The notes below the pieces were generated by a model. It had not been told where the DNA came from. It did not search any database and saw nothing but the letters and a program-made list of their open reading frames with translations. A DNA stretch of 38,244 bases, taken from Vicugna vicugna. Lineage: Eukaryota. Below are positions 37,227-38,244 of this stretch, piece after piece. Position 1 is the stretch's first letter. Every line of letters begins with the position of its first letter. The stretch is from the NCBI GenBank assembly GCA_013265495.1, contig MU057419.1, forward strand, positions 1 through 38,244, in the 5' to 3' direction. The translations under genes were made by a program, and so were the position numbers.

Positions 37227-37599
37227 GTTGGTAGGGGGGAGGGGGTTGTCAGAGGAGAGGGTTGTGACTAAAATGTCATTTTCTCCATTATTGTCTCACG
37301 GTACTTTTTTCTCAACTCTTCCTTTTTGTGTTTATATCTGTATACAATAAAAAAAATAGTGAAATGTGTCAATGTAAGGTTTATGATTTCATGAATCTTT
37401 CAAATTCCTAACCCTCGACAGTATCGGAAAAGTCAGTGTATGAACCATATGTTTGAATCACATCCGTTAACACAGAATATATACCCTTTGTCACATTTCA
37501 ATTGAAATGCACACACTCTCACAACATGTACCCATCTGTTTGATGGTGGCTGAACTTGATAAAAATGAAAAAAATCACAATGTATACTTTGACGTCTTT

Positions 37600-38050
37600 C
37601 TCTTTTGTTTTAAGTAATGTTTTTAGAGCTACATGTTTTCATTTGAATATGCCATTCTTTCTGTTTGTAGGGCTGAATAATTTGACCTTGTAAGATTATA
37701 TCACAAAATATTAATCCATTATCTTAATAATGGACATTTGGGTTAGTTCAAGTGTGGGTTATTATTAATACATATTTTTGTGTATATATGCATGGATTTT
37801 TTTCTAAGTATCTGTTTCCATTTACCCTGTGAGATGATTACCTGTGAGCAGCTCTGTTGGGTAGATATGTGCTAAATACTCCTTCGTTTTGAAAGAGATT
37901 TCTTGAGGTATAATTTGTGTGCCATAAATTCACTCATTTAAATACAAAATTGTTTGGGTTTTGTGTATGTGATGTGCAGAGTTGTGTCTCCCTCACAACC
38001 CCATTTTAGAACAATTCTATCACAGCAAAAAAAGATTTCTCAACCCACAC
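37600..38050 (-). mobile_element. Old L1M fragments, antisense
   Basis: gctgaataat...ttaatccatt...atggacatttgggttagttc; ttgaggtataatt...cataaattcactcattta. Confidence 0.6.
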
Positions 38051-38244
38051 TTTGCTTTATTGGCTTCATTTGACACAGTCAGTCTCTCTTTCTCTTTGAA
38101 ATGCTTCCATGATATAGATTGTTGTTGGTTTTTTTATGAACTGACTGCCCTTTCCTTCTGTGCCTCCCCTGATGGTTTCTACCTTTCTTCCAAACCCTTT
38201 AGCATTAGTTTGACTCAGAAATTAGTTCTTTGTTTTTTTTTTTC

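Noticed and set aside
36892..37350. Overlapping ORFs (36916-37350 +, 37019-37234 +, 36892-37161 -)
   Set aside because: They are shadow frames of the GC-rich cTAGE-like CDS.
37337..37357. Possible TSD partner (gtatacaataaaaaaaa) for gtacaaaaaaa at 35761
   Set aside because: The match is low-complexity and imperfect, so it is not convincing.

Overview
Mammalian genomic DNA, most likely a camelid, judged from the Vic-1-like tRNA-derived SINEs and a lineage-type LINE-1 3' end. It is a draft assembly with three N gaps. Most of the window is interspersed repeat: L1, L2, MIR, MLT1-type LTRs and hAT-Charlie/MER elements. The one recognisable protein-coding feature is an intronless, C-terminally truncated cTAGE5/MIA2-like retrocopy on the minus strand (36465-37094). 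It has an intact ORF, a strong Kozak start, AATAAA followed by a decayed poly(A) tract, and CCAAT/CRE/X-box-like motifs just upstream. Five ~420-500 bp head-to-tail duplications, each with a few percent divergence, look like haplotype or paralogue assembly artefacts. Several exon-like segments with good splice signals lie in the unique DNA on both strands and may belong to a decayed multi-exon gene or a lncRNA; I could not identify it. I see no prokaryotic-type system such as CRISPR. Repeat subfamily names come from recalled consensus sequences, and repeat boundaries are approximate.
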